Source of the DNA: Octopus sinensis
Lineage: Eukaryota
Direction: 5' to 3'
Assembly: GCF_006345805.1 (NCBI RefSeq)
Contig: NC_043008.1
Coordinates: forward strand, 56,358,001 to 56,422,000
Length of the DNA stretch: 64,000 bases
A program made the translations under genes and the position numbers. This document shows, piece by piece, positions 1-12,639 of this stretch (position 1 is the stretch's first letter; each line of letters starts with the position of its first letter). The notes under the pieces were generated by a model. It was not told the origin of the DNA, did not search any database, and saw only the letters and a program-made list of their open reading frames with translations.

Positions 1-535
1 GATCAAAAGCTATTCGAATCACAGACCAATACCCAGCCAAATCATGTCACGCTTGAGTTGTTGCATTCATTAAAATTCTGTACAATATATTTTAACAATC
101 ACCATGTTTGTCACACACGCACGCACACAAACATAGACACACAAACACGCACACAAGTAGAGCTAGATGGGATTTGAACCGTGATATGATAGATAATTCC
201 TCAACTGTTTTATGATATACTTATTCATTCGTTTCTATAAGGGGTCGTGGATAACCGGGTAATTAGGGTATTAAGAGACCTGGGTGAATACAGGGTATCA
301 GACTGCCGTCTCGAGTGTCTATAATAGGTATGTAGCCATCGCAACTGTGCCGTGTCTTTGGCAAGGTCACTCACTGTAAAGAGAAATAAAATAACGAATC
401 CACCCGGCTCTCTTTACCTGCGTGAGCTGTAGAGTATTACTGTCTGGGAGATATCTTATGGTATTAGAATAGTAGTTTAACTGTTATTTCTAAAATTTCG
501 GTATGTGGTGAAGCAAATTTTGTTGAACCCTAATT

Positions 536-598
<63 letters not shown>

Positions 599-827
599 CT
601 ATATTATATATATATATTATATATATATATATATATATACATACATACATATATATATATATATAATACGATACAAGAGCAATAAAGATTCAAGTTAATT
701 TAAAAGATTTACTTGAATATGGTACCTAACTTAGATGCACCAAAAAAAAAAAAAAACTATACTGATTTAACAGTACAGTAATGTGGGGTGATTATAAGCG
801 AGAAAGAAGCAACAAGAATGGATAGGT

Positions 828-918
828 TTTTAGTACGATCGTTTCATACAAGGACAGGTTTTATTAAAAGTTGCAAAGATTACAGCATATAAACGAGTCC
901 CGTACTCATCAGCTAAAA
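828..918 (-). ncRNA. Type I hammerhead ribozyme, intact core
   Basis: Minus strand reads TTTTAG-CTGATGA-GTAC..GTAT-GAAA-CGATCG-TA-CTAAAA, giving a 6-bp stem I, intact CUGAUGA/GAAA core and a GUA cleavage triplet. Confidence 0.8.
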
Positions 919-1313
919 TACATGTAAGTTCTCTAGACATCCTAGTGTTTGAGGCTATACTCATGAAGATGAGATAATTAAACAGATTTCTAAAGTTCAT
1001 TAACGTTCTTTAAGATGATGTACAGTCTATCACAGAATTTTAAAAAGTTTTGATAGGCATCACAGAGAAGGTGACCTAATCCATATGAATTTCCATAGAT
1101 ATGATGAGGATTATATAATCCCTCATCATATCTATGGAAATTCATATGATTAGGTCACCTTCTCTGTGATGCTATCAAAACTTTTTTAAAATTCTGTGAT
1201 AAGACTGTACATCATCTTTAAAGAACTTTAATGAACTTTAGAAATCTGTTTAATTATCTACATACTTCATGAGTATAGCCTCAAACACTAGGATGTCTAG
1301 AGACTTACATGTA

Positions 1314-1402
1314 TTTTAGCTGATGAGTACGGGACTCGTTATATGCTGTAATCTTTGCAACTTTTAATAAAACCTGTCTTGTATGAAACGATCGTACTAA
1401 AA
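1314..1402 (+). ncRNA. Type I hammerhead ribozyme, intact core
   Basis: Stem I TTTTAG (1314-19) pairs with CTAAAA (1397-1402). CTGATGA at 1320-26; extended domain II 1327-84 (GTAC/GTAT closing); GAAA at 1385-88; palindromic stem III ACGATCGT; predicted cleavage after A1396. Confidence 0.82.
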
Positions 1403-1435
1403 ACCTATCCATTCTTGTGCTTCTTTCTCGCGTAT

Positions 1436-1494
<59 letters not shown>

Positions 1495-1738
1495 TATATA
1501 TATATATATATATATATGTTGGCAATATTAAATTTCTGGGCGAGAAGTAAACTGTAGCAGTACGGAATAGTAAAATATAATTGTCAACTAAATGTGGTGT
1601 TCCCATAGCGAACGATGCTACTGTTGCTATTAGCCCCAGGAGGACATCTCTACCAGCTGGCTAGCGACACACTGTCTGTGTCCGATTAGTATTTGCGAGG
1701 GGAAATCACTGTTGTCATCTCTAGCCTTATGTGATACT

Positions 1739-1779
1739 CACAGACCTAGGTTTCTGGATGGTAATCCGTCATCAATGTA
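1739..1779 (-). ncRNA. Degenerate type I hammerhead motif
   Basis: Minus strand TACA-TTGATGA-CGGATTACCATCCA-GAAA-CCTAGG-TC-TGTG. C3 is mutated to T; palindromic stem III ACCTAGGT; GUC triplet. Confidence 0.55.
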
Positions 1780-2154
1780 TGATAGCACGTGCTAGTGGTG
1801 AAAACTCATTCCACACGCAAAATGCCATATCCTTTTTCCAGTGACAAACTGTCACTGATCTCGAAAAAGGAGAAATAAGCAATATTAAATCTCTGAGCGA
1901 GAAGTAAGCAGTATCAGTACGGAATCGTAAAATATAATTGTTAACTAAATGTGGCAGTCCTACAGAGGACGATGCTACTGTTGTTGTTAGCCCCAGGAAG
2001 ACATCTCACAATTCCGTACTGCTACTGTTTACTTCATGCTCAGAGATTTAAAATTGCCTATTTCTCTTTTTCGAGATCAGCGACTGTTTGTCACTTCAAA
2101 AAGCATATAGTATTTTGCGTGTGTAATGCGTTTTCATCAATAGCTCGTTATTAT

Positions 2155-2199
2155 TACACACTGATGACGGTTACTACCCAGGAACCCGGTCTCTGTGTA
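2155..2199 (+). ncRNA. Degenerate type I hammerhead motif
   Basis: TACACA-CTGATGA-CGGTTACTACCCA-GGAA-CCCGG-TC-(TC)-TGTGTA. CUGAUGA is intact, GAAA is mutated to GGAA. Its defects are complementary to those of the 1739 copy. Confidence 0.5.
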
Positions 2200-2370
2200 T
2201 CATGTAAGGCTAGAGATGGGAACAATGATTTATTTCCCTTCGCAAATATTAATCGGACACAGACAATGTGTCATTAGCCAGCTGGAGGAGATATCCTCCT
2301 GGAGCTAAAAACAACTGTAGCATCGTCCTCTATGGGACCGCCACATTTAGTTGGCAATTATATTTTACGT

Positions 2371-2411
<41 letters not shown>

Positions 2412-2417
<6 letters not shown>

Positions 2418-2510
2418 AAAGACGAAGACAGGTGTATTAACAACAAGTAGGTGTATTAGATTGGCGCTCGGGGAAAATGAGTCTTTTACATTTCGAGCCT
2501 ACGCTCTTCA
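2412..2510 (-). repeat. Truncated copy of the minimal-hammerhead Penelope-like family (GAGC-GTAG-GCTC stem II)
   Basis: TTTCGAGCCTACGCTCTTC and flanking sequence are shared with 8840, 26396 and 38153. The core is truncated. Confidence 0.6.
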
Positions 2511-3244
2511 ACATACATACGCACATACATATGCGCACATACGCATGCACATACATACGCATACACATACATACGCATGCGCATACATACGCATGCACAC
2601 ACGCACTTAATCATAAAAGCACACTTATATGCACTATTTTTATCTTCCTATCAAGTTTATTTTTGTCATATTTTCACACGTGTTCCGGAAAAATAAAACT
2701 GTGGGGATTCAGGAACAAGGATGAAGAACTCCGGATCTTTACTATTCAAAATAATGTGTAAGGAACTCATTGGTAAATATGGGAAAAATAATTTGATGAA
2801 GAGTGTTTGATGTGAGTGAGCGAGTGAATGCATGAAAGTGTGTATGTGTGCGCGCGTGTGTATATGTATATATATATACTCACATACATACACAATACTT
2901 AAGTGAAATATATATATGTATAAATATACATACAAGTGCATGCACACACATATATATATGACTGAATATCTATTTACATACATATATATATATGTGTATG
3001 TATACGTGTGCGCGCATGTATATACATGTATGTAAATAGATATTCGTTAATATATATATATATATTTTCGCTTAGGTATTGTGTATGTATGTGAGTGTAT
3101 ATATATATATTAATATATATATTATATATATATATATATAACATATATATATGTGTGTGTAAGCCCCCGTAGACTTACAGATATAAATAGGTGTATGTAT
3201 GTATATGTGAAGAGGTGTGTGTATATATGTGTGTGTCTGCGTGT

Positions 3245-3294
<50 letters not shown>

Positions 3295-4224
3295 TACACA
3301 CATACTCATACACACATACATGCAAAGTGTTCCCCAGTATATTGCTTCACGAAGGACGGAATTCTTCAGGTTGACTTGCTCCCGAAGATGACAGATATAT
3401 TGGAGCAGTAGGCTCTCTTACAAATCTACCAAATTCTATAAATCACATATTATTTTCATTTAATGCGTTTTTTCTTCCTAAATATCAAATGAACTTCAAT
3501 TGTATGCATCGTTAATTCTTCAGAAAATTCCATTAACATGTAAAGAATAACCTAAACTGTTTCTTGGGAATCATTTCCCACCAGACTTTGACATGAAGAA
3601 TGGCTACACTTATCCATGTTAGTTCAACACGGATGCTATTGATGTCGTTTTCCTAGACCCAAGATAAGAACCCGGATAAGACGTAACCGTCTTTATTTCA
3701 AATAGTCTATCTAAGATTACAACGCACTAATGTGATCTTCCTAGTTTAAGACAGCAGGGTTTAAACCGAGGGCATTTTCGTTGCTATTTCTTGCAGGTCG
3801 ATCGCATAGAAACCCCTGCACTAGTGTGATCTTCCTAGTTAACACAGTAGATTTAAACTGAAGACATTTTGGCTACTATTTCTTGCAAGTCGATCACATA
3901 GAGACCCCTGAAAATTATTGAATTGGAAGAGGTTAACCTCATAAGAGTTTCAATTTCTGACTTGGTTTCAACGGTAATTTTAAAGACAATTCATTGTAAT
4001 ACTCTTTCCATTACTATTTAAACTATAAGCTGTAAACTATATTCATACACATTGACATAAAATTAGACCCACGCGCACGCGCACACACACACACTCACAC
4101 ACACGTACTCATATATATATAGATATATGTATAATATATATGATATATAAATATATGCATATATACATACATATATGTACATACCTACATATATATGTAT
4201 ATATGCATGTATATATGGGTACAG

Positions 4225-4630
4225 GACATCAAATAAACGTTAAACACAATGAGAAACGAAAACATAAGAACAAAAACATAGAAACGAACTTTTTCCGAAC
4301 AACGAAAAAAACAAACAGAGAAACGAAACATATAACATAAAGAATATTCCCCTTCATCTGTTGTCCCTGTTTCATCTATTCCTCGTTCGAAGGTAAGGAC
4401 AAGACGCGACTTCGTTGAAACAGTCCTTCCCGCAAAGCAAATTAAATAAAATTTGGGATTTTTTGCGGAAGGTGAAAGTGGTAACAAGAACAGGGCAGTG
4501 AGAACAAAACAGTAAAAACAAACGGCGAGGGCTGTTAAGCCAAGAAGATAGAAACATTATTCTGAACGCGAGGAAGACGAGCTTATGAAGGGAGAGTATA
4601 AGCATGTTTTTACGAAGGTAGTGGGTAGAA
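4225..4630. repeat. Dispersed repeat family (copies also at about 20095-20470 and 43090-43315, inverted)
   Basis: Shared blocks GGGTACAGGACA..AAACGT..CACAATGAGAAACG and GAATATTCC(C)CTTC..GTTTCATCTA. All copies sit between (TA)n-type tracts. Confidence 0.7.
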
Positions 4631-4795
4631 ATATATATATATGTATATATATATATATATGTATATAGCAGCAAAATTTAGGAACGGCCATAATAGGCCG
4701 CTCAACCCACTAGAAATAGCAGCCAAGGCTTCAACCGCAAAACAATATTAATTCCGTAAACCAGGAGAAAATTTAAAAAAACATTTACCCTGTAA

Positions 4796-4900
4796 TACTT
4801 TATACAATGCATCGTTTCGTCTATTTTTTAATGGTAAATCAACTTGATTAAATTAAATCAAGCTAATCTTCCATAGGCCAATAAATTCATCAGTAAAGTA
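4796..4900 (-). ncRNA. Type I hammerhead ribozyme, intact core
   Basis: Minus strand TACTTTA-CTGATGA-ATTTATT..AATAGAC-GAAA-CGATGCATTG-TA-TAAAGTA, giving a 7-bp stem I and a 4-bp stem III with TGCA loop. Predicted cleavage between 4803 and 4802. Confidence 0.82.
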
Positions 4901-5284
4901 AGCCAGATGGGACAGATATTTCCACGAGGCAGCACACCACTACTGTCTCGGCTATATCTGACCTAAATTTTCAAATCATCGTACTCGCGCCAAATTTATC
5001 GGCAGCAATATAAGCTGCCGATTCCATTCGGAATTAAACAGAAAATTCATAATTAATCAATATAGGGTGGCAAAAAATTCAGCAGAAATTATTTGCCACC
5101 AGCGGCCTAGTGGAAAAAAAGTAAATAGTCAGAGCTATTAATAATAAATTCAACACACAAAATTTAGGAACGGCCATAATAGGCCGCTCAACCCACTAGA
5201 AATAGCAGCCAAGGCTTTCAACCGCAAACAATATTAATTCCGTAAACCAGGATAAAATTTTTAAAAAAAACATTTACCCTGTAA

Positions 5285-5384
5285 TACTTTATACAATCGT
5301 TTCGTCTATTTTTTAATGGTAAATCACTTGATTAAATTAAATCAAGCTAATCTTCCATAGGCCAATAAATTCATCAGTAAAGTA
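5285..5384 (-). ncRNA. Type I hammerhead ribozyme, intact core
   Basis: Minus strand TACTTTA-CTGATGA-ATTTATT..AATAGAC-GAAA-CGATTG-TA-TAAAGTA. Predicted cleavage between 5292 and 5291. Confidence 0.82.
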
Positions 5385-5722
5385 AGTCAGATGGGACAGA
5401 TATTTCCACGAGGCAGCACCACTACTGTCTCGGCTATATCTCGGCTATATCTATATATATGTATATATATATATATATGTATATTATATATATATATATA
5501 TATATATATGTATCTATATGTTGGTAAACGGTCCTTTAGCAACGGCATGACTTTGATAAACTTAGTAGCTACAACTAACTCCATGCCACGACAGATAGAA
5601 TGCTCTTGAAGCCGAGAATTTGAAATTATGGAGACAATATTTACATATCGCCTGAGGAAGCACAACTAGATCTCATAATGCAAGGAAACAGCTGCAGGTG
5701 CGTGTACTTCAGCGTCTGTGTT

Positions 5723-5759
<37 letters not shown>

Positions 5760-5905
5760 TGTGTATCTGTGTAAGCGCGTTCACGCATGAAGTTTGTGCG
5801 ATGTACATCAGTCAAGTTGATTTGACCATCAATAAACAATGTTCTCACTGTTAAAATCGAAAGAAATAATCAATGAATCATCACACACACATATATATAT
5901 GTACG

Positions 5906-5960
<55 letters not shown>

Positions 5961-6878
5961 CAAGAAAATGACGGTGGATTCGTATTATTATTATTCACTG
6001 AAATGATAGACGGTGAAACTGATAGTCGTAATGCGATCAACAGCTAAAAAAGCTTTTGAATAAAATCCTTGCGCTCTATGTCTTGTATTGAGTTCTCTGT
6101 CTTTTAAAATGCTTTTTACTTTATATACACATACACAAACGCGTAGACACGTATATTCATAAATAGAAGTAGAAAGTTACAAACACATGCATAGAATTGT
6201 GTTTTAGATATAATGTATTTGCATATGTATGTATGTCTGTATATATATAAGTAAATATATATATATATATATACATACATGCATATATACATATATATAT
6301 ATACATGCATATACATACATATATATATATATATAATATATATATATTTATTATTATATATATATATCACAATATATATATATATATATATACATACATG
6401 TATACACATGTATATGTGTATATATACTTACGCACATATATACGTACAAGCCACTCACACGTTACTAAGATTCCTTTAATTGATATATGTGTCTGTGTGT
6501 GTATATATTTATATATATATATATTTATATATATGTGTGTAGAACAAAACACAATAAAGAAAAGAAGAAAGAAAGAATGTAAGTTAGTAAAAGGCGATTT
6601 AATTTACTCAAAACCAGATGTTAAAGAGGCGAAGCAATCTTTCTTATTGTAAGCAGTTTTTTTATACATATCTACAAACACACGTATATATAATACATAT
6701 AATTATGCTCATATATATATAGAAAACTCCCATACATATACATGTATCTACATAGGCTCATGTGTACATAGGTTCATAAGTACGTACATAGATGTAACCA
6801 TTTATATAGACTCACATATACATGCTTGCACACTCACACACATATATACTCATCTACACACCTACATACACACAGATG

Positions 6879-6933
<55 letters not shown>

Positions 6934-7282
6934 ATATATTATATATATATATGCACAACTGTATGTATACACACACACATGGATTTATCTATCGATCCAT
7001 CGGCCTAGCTACCCACTCATTCATTAATCTGTACATACATACATGTATATATATATATAAACACACATACATGTACGAATTCATCCATATATACATACAT
7101 ATATACATACATTCATTTATACATACATATACACATATATACATTCATACGTACATACATACATTCATACATACATACATACATTCATAAATACATACTT
7201 GCAAACATAAAAACCTGCATATATTCATCCATGCAAATATACATACATATATACATACATTCATGCATGCAGACATACATTC

Positions 7283-7321
<39 letters not shown>

Positions 7322-7967
7322 CATACATACATACATACATACATACACACACATACATACACACATACATACATACATAAATACACACATGCATACGCAC
7401 ATATACATACATACACATACATACATACATACATACATACATACATACAAACATACATACATACACAAAACGGTCTGTGCTTCGTTTCGCATTTTGCCTC
7501 AGGATGTCAATGATTTTTGTATGGGATTGGTAATGTCGTGTTTTTGGGGAGAAGGGTGGCGAGTGTTTTGGCGGGGTGGAGGGTGCAATCAAGTAGTTGT
7601 TTCTAAAATCTGATTAGCTAGTGGGTAGTTTGTAAAATTATCTGAAAGATGAAGTCAAGATACACGTAGCGAAATAGGCCATAGAACATCTGTTTGAAAA
7701 TGCAGTGTAAAAGAACAACCAACATATACACAAGAGCATACGCACATACATATTTACATACATACATGCATGCATGCATACACACATACACACATATATA
7801 TATAATATTATATATATATAATACATACACACACACACACACATATATATACAGGGCTTGCTCATATGTCAAAAAAGTTTATAAAATTCACTACTGTAAT
7901 GCCACAGTGCCACAAAAAGGATTTGTGAGGAATTTGTACAATTTGTGAAAAAACAAAAAAAAAAATA

Positions 7968-8006
<39 letters not shown>

Positions 8007-8146
8007 CTGTTGCTTGAAGGAAAATATTTAAAGACCGAGCCAAAAACAATGTTGTAAACTTTATGATGTGTTTTATTTTCCCAGAAAATCGCCGTTGTGT
8101 AAAGTACTTTATGCGAATACATACATGCAAGCATACAGGCATGCAT

Positions 8147-8208
<62 letters not shown>

Positions 8209-8319
8209 ACACACACACACACACCACACACTATAATATATATATATATATATATATACATACACATGTATATATTCATACATGAGTATTATGTATGCAT
8301 GTATATACATACATACATG

Positions 8320-8364
<45 letters not shown>

Positions 8365-8512
8365 TATATATATATGTATATTCCTGTAGAATGATCCGTT
8401 ATTTTGTTGTGTCATAGAATTTAGCTGTTCTTTCTAGTGTTGAATTCCCTATGAGTGGATTCCTTATGTGTATAAACATACGCTATATCGTATGTGTATG
8501 TATATGTATATG

Positions 8513-8559
<47 letters not shown>

Positions 8560-8839
8560 GTGTGTGCGTGTGTGTGTGTGGTGTGCGTGCCGTAAGGTTC
8601 ATGTTGGTAGAATCCGATAAGTATAAGGTTCAACAATAATTCGAGTCGTAGTAAAGTGGTTCAGGAGAGGTAGCAAACGTTCGAGATGAATGTAGGGAAA
8701 AAAGATGACGATCAAGGAGAGGAGGAATTCAGTCACGCCGGATCATAATGGGGTGATCTCATGAGCGTTTACTTTAAAATTGTATGGTTTAAAATTGTAC
8801 AAAAAAAGAACAAAAGAAAAAAAAACAAAAAAAAAACGA

Positions 8840-8990
8840 AAGACGACAGGCGAAGGAACAACAAGCAAGGTGTATTAAATAGTTTGACGTTTAGGAAAAA
8901 TGGAAGAGTCTTTGACGTTTCGAGCCTATGCTCTTTTACAGAAAGGAATGAGGAGAGAAAACAGACGGGGAGAGAAAAAAAGCGTGTAAA
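8840..8990 (-). mobile_element. Penelope-like non-autonomous fragment with degenerate minimal hammerhead (8910-8945)
   Basis: Minus strand CTTT-CTGTAAA-A-GAGC-ATAG-GCTC-GAAA-C-GTC-AAAG. Confidence 0.6.
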
Positions 8991-9039
8991 GATTTATGAT
9001 TAGGTATGTTGGAATGAGAGATAGAAGGTAAAAATTGTA

Positions 9040-9225
9040 TGGACTAGTGGTTAGGGTGTTACATTTACAGACGCGAGATCATAGGTTCGATTATTGGTTA
9101 GCGGGATGGCGTTAAGTTCTTGAGCAAAGCACTTCATCTGACGTTGCTCTGTGATCATTTCGACATCTGATGGGACACTGTGCACCTGTAGATGCAAAAT
9201 CGATTTGGTGTAGGGAGTGGACTAA
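9040..9225 (+). mobile_element. Old tRNA-derived SINE with a V-like central block
   Basis: A box-like GGACTAGTGG, B box-like GGTTCGATT, then GTTCTTGAGCAAAGCACTTCAT, also found inverted at 34820. Confidence 0.55.
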
Positions 9226-9390
9226 GGTACAGCACAGACATAACATTTCATCACTTCAAACAAGTCATTTTGTGCAGGTTCATTTGTGCAAAAAATTGCT
9301 GAAGTTATCTACGACAGGAAAGTCCACCACACATACACACACACATAAATACACACACACACACATATATATATATCCATATATATATAT

Positions 9391-9426
<36 letters not shown>

Positions 9427-9879
9427 TAGAAAAAACCCACCTATTATCAATTCAAAATGAACAATTAAATTACACATCTAGAAAATTACATATAATAGAA
9501 ATATTAAATATAAAATAACAATAATATACCGATGATTAAGTAATGTGCAAAATAATAAATAAAGCTTATATATTTGGTATATATATATATATACATATGT
9601 TTTGTTTTATATATATACATATATATACATATATATACATATATACTCACACAGACATTTATTTGTGTATGCATACATACATGCATATATATACATATAT
9701 ATATATATATGTGTGTAAATGCGTGTGTCTGCATATGTATATATGGGCATAATATATTTTTTGCATACAGGAGGAAGCAGAGCAGATGCTGAAAAATGCA
9801 GGCCTCTCTCCCTAACTCACACATCAACAAAGTCATGGAGTGAATTTTTGGGAGGAGGCTGATCACTTTCCTAGAATAT

Positions 9880-10620
9880 AATGATTTTTCTTCTTGACAC
9901 CCAGCATGTCTTCCGCTCAAGAAGAAGCCGCCTTACACAGCTTCCGCAGCATTGCAGCTGGGTGTTGAAACAACTTATGAATCGCTCAAACGTGGATGTG
10001 ATGCATCAAGATTTTGCAAAGGCCTTTGATAAGGTTGATCACAGGATATGTCACAAGCTACGAAGACTCGGCATAGTTGGAAAACTGGGAGAGTGGTTAC
10101 ATGAGTTCTTAAAAACAGAAGCCCGGCCGTAGCAGCCAATGAAGCCCTCTCCAAAGAGACATTAATAGCGACTGGAGTATCTCAAGGAACTGTTTTGTGG
10201 AGGCACATGGCCTAGTGGTTAGAGCAGCGGACTCGCGGTCGAGAGATCGCAGGTTCGAATCTCAGACCGGGCGATGTGTGTGTTTATGAGCGAAGACACC
10301 TAATCTCCACGCGGCTCCAGCAGAAGGTAATGGCGAACTTCTGCTGACTCTTTCGCCACAACTTTCTCTCACTCTTTCCTCCTGCATCTTGCAGCTCACC
10401 TGCGACGGACTGGCGTCCCGTCCAGGTGGGGAACCTATACGCCAAGAAAGCGGGAAACAGGCCCTTATGAGCCTGGCGCGGCTCGAGAAGGAACAAACAA
10501 AGGAACTGTTTTGGGACGGCTGCAGTTTGTGATAGCTCTCTTAGATGTGCTGTCAGTTATAAAAGCATACACTTTTAACAGTGCCAATGACACGAATGTA
10601 GCAGAAAATCAAGAATTCTG
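9880..10620 (+). pseudogene. CR1/L2-type LINE reverse transcriptase relic, split by a SINE
   Basis: Translates to NVDVMHQDFAKAFDKVDH..KLRRLGIVGKLGEWLHEFL, then GVSQGTVL|SINE|GTVLGRLQF, matching the RT motifs D..KAFD.V.H and GVPQGSVLGP. Frameshifted. Confidence 0.85.
10198..10499 (+). mobile_element. tRNA-derived SINE (family C, tail type 2) with 14-bp TSD
   Basis: A box TGGCCTAGTGG and B box GGTTCGAATCT. AAGGAACTGTTTTG is duplicated at 10184-10197 and 10500-10513. Confidence 0.92.
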
Positions 10621-10689
10621 TCGATGCTAATCGCTATAGAATGTTCAATGGTTTCCCTTCATGGCAGAATTAATAGTCAAGACTATTTA

Positions 10690-11190
10690 AGCAGTTCATC
10701 TGATCAAATTCATCCTATGGTTGCAGAACTGCTTCCGGAGGGAAACGCAATCTTTTAGTATGATAATTCACACAGCTAAAGTTGTTACTGAATGGCACGA
10801 GAAACATTCAAGTGAAGCTGAACATCTTGTCTGGTCACCACGGTCCCCATATCTCAACATTATTGGTTTCCCGTTATGGTAAAGTTGTTACTGAATGGCA
10901 CGAGGAACATTCTAGTAAAGTTGAATATCTCAAAATTATTGAACATTTATGGTGCATTTTAGAAAAACAAATAAGGAGTCGATATCCTCCACCATCATCA
11001 CTACAAGAACTGAGACGGTTTTAGCTGAAGAATGGACAAAAATTCCTTTTGGAAACAATTCAAACTTTGTACAAGTCCATACCTCGTAGAATTCAAGATG
11101 TAATTACTGCCAAAGGCGGTCCTACCCCATGTTAAAATAAATTTGTTTGAAAGTTTAAGGTGTTTCCATTATTTTGACCAAATCCCTGTA
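10690..11190 (+). mobile_element. Tc1-like transposon 3' relic
   Basis: Translates to HTAKVVTEWHEKHSSEAEHLVWSPRSPYLNII and KIIEHLWCILEKQ (WPxxSPDLNxIEHLW motif, partly duplicated). Terminal TIR CCATTATTTTGACCAAATCCCTGTA. Confidence 0.85.
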
Positions 11191-11679
11191 TATGTTCAGA
11201 AATATGTATACATACAGACATTCATATATATATATATATATATATATATTCACAAATACACACATATGAATGCATAAAGCATGCTTATACATATATACAC
11301 GCACACACATACATGTATATATACATTCATATATATGTGTGTATACTTTCAAAAACACACATGCATGCATACATACAAGCACGCTTGCATACACAGACAT
11401 ACACACACACAGACGTGCACACACATGCACATAGACATACACTTTCACACACACTCATATGCGTGCATACATGCATGCTTACTCACACTCAGACACACAA
11501 ACTCATCGCGCACAGACTCACAGAAACACACACACAGACACACACACACGAGGAGTGTTCCCCAAAGTTTCGAGCATGACTAAAATCCCCTTTAAAATGA
11601 ATTAAAAGTATCCTTTTGCTGCTGTCGTGTCACTAAATTTCTAGGGTTCAAAACTTCTGTAACATCATCAGACACACAG

Positions 11680-11715
<36 letters not shown>

Positions 11716-12015
11716 ACACACACACACATATATATACATATAAATGTGTGTATAACCTTCTCTGTATTTTTCATTAGCTACATTATATTTCCTATGTTTA
11801 ACTGTGTCCTTATAGCCTCCGTGCATAGTGCGCCGTTTTAATTTGTCGAAAATCTGTCCCCTCTGTCTCCTTCCCCATCCTCCCTCCTTTCCTCCCTCCC
11901 CTCTCTCTCTCTATATATATATAAACACACGCACATATATGTACATATATAAATATATGCATGTATATATACTTTCATACATACATACGTATATATATAT
12001 ATATAAACACACACT

Positions 12016-12065
<50 letters not shown>

Positions 12066-12639
12066 AACACACATAGACACAGACACACAGATACAGACAT
12101 ACACACATGTATATATATATATATGTGTGTATGTATATATGTATATATTTACTTTTTTTAATACGCTCTATTTCGTATCTTTTCCTTTTTCCTCTTTTAA
12201 TGATTCCCTCTCCCTCCACCACAGACCACATGACTTCTTGTCTTATTATAAACCACATCTGTTTTATATTTCGCCATGTTTAAACGCCTCTCTAAGTTCA
12301 TATTTAAGCCGATGTCTTTCTCATTAAGAATATGTGCTGGAATATTCTTTGTTAAATATTCGTTTCCTTGCTAAATTGTCATACTTCTTCCTTTATGATA
12401 TTGCATTTTATTCGTCTTCGACGTTGCTTAACCCGGGGTCAGCCCTGACCCAGCAGTTTTATGATCAAAGGCATTCTAGTTGTGACCATCCCCTCATAAT
12501 TGAATGAGCTAGGAAAAACGTTAATCAACCTCTGCTTCACGCTTCGAGGCTGTAGGGTACGATATGAGGAAGAATTGGTTGCTATTTCTTGCATGTTGAG
12601 CTGCCATTCATTGTTATCTACTGTTTCAGTATATCCTTT

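Larger units (their letters stand above)
795..1431. mobile_element. Spacer-less ~640-bp foldback element (Penelope/retrozyme-like) with a hammerhead ribozyme in each arm
   Basis: 795-1114 is the near-perfect reverse complement of 1115-1431, centred on GGATTAT|ATAATCC. The arms differ mainly by small indels. The right end runs into (TA)n. Confidence 0.8.
1522..2375. mobile_element. Tandem-plus-inverted ~357-bp repeat unit with degenerate hammerhead motifs (Penelope/retrozyme-like)
   Basis: Unit start GCAATATTAAAT(T/C)TCTG at 1522 recurs at 1879. 2010-2372 is an inverted copy of about 1560-1925. (TA)n flanks both ends. Related copies at 25068 and 28808. Confidence 0.7.
4669..5450 (-). mobile_element. 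Retrozyme-like tandem element: ~1.6 copies of a ~489-nt monomer, each with a hammerhead ribozyme
   Basis: About 4673-4960 is directly repeated at about 5159-5445. Each copy has a complete minus-strand hammerhead. (TA)n-rich tracts flank both sides. No ORF of note. Confidence 0.8.

Noticed and set aside
1258-1298. Second hammerhead in the 795 palindrome (TTCATGA..CAAAC)
   Set aside because: Three or more core mismatches and no convincing stem II or III.
4385-4432. Hammerhead in the 4225 repeat family (GAAG..GAAACAGTCCTTC)
   Set aside because: The 3' half fits, but the core position reads GTAAGGA, or GTCAAGG in the 20260 copy, not CUGANGA.
10198-10270. tRNA genes at SINE heads (also 28430, 30480, 46520, 53140, 63240)
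   Set aside because: A and B boxes are present but there is no complete cloverleaf. Each continues into a SINE body, some with TSDs.
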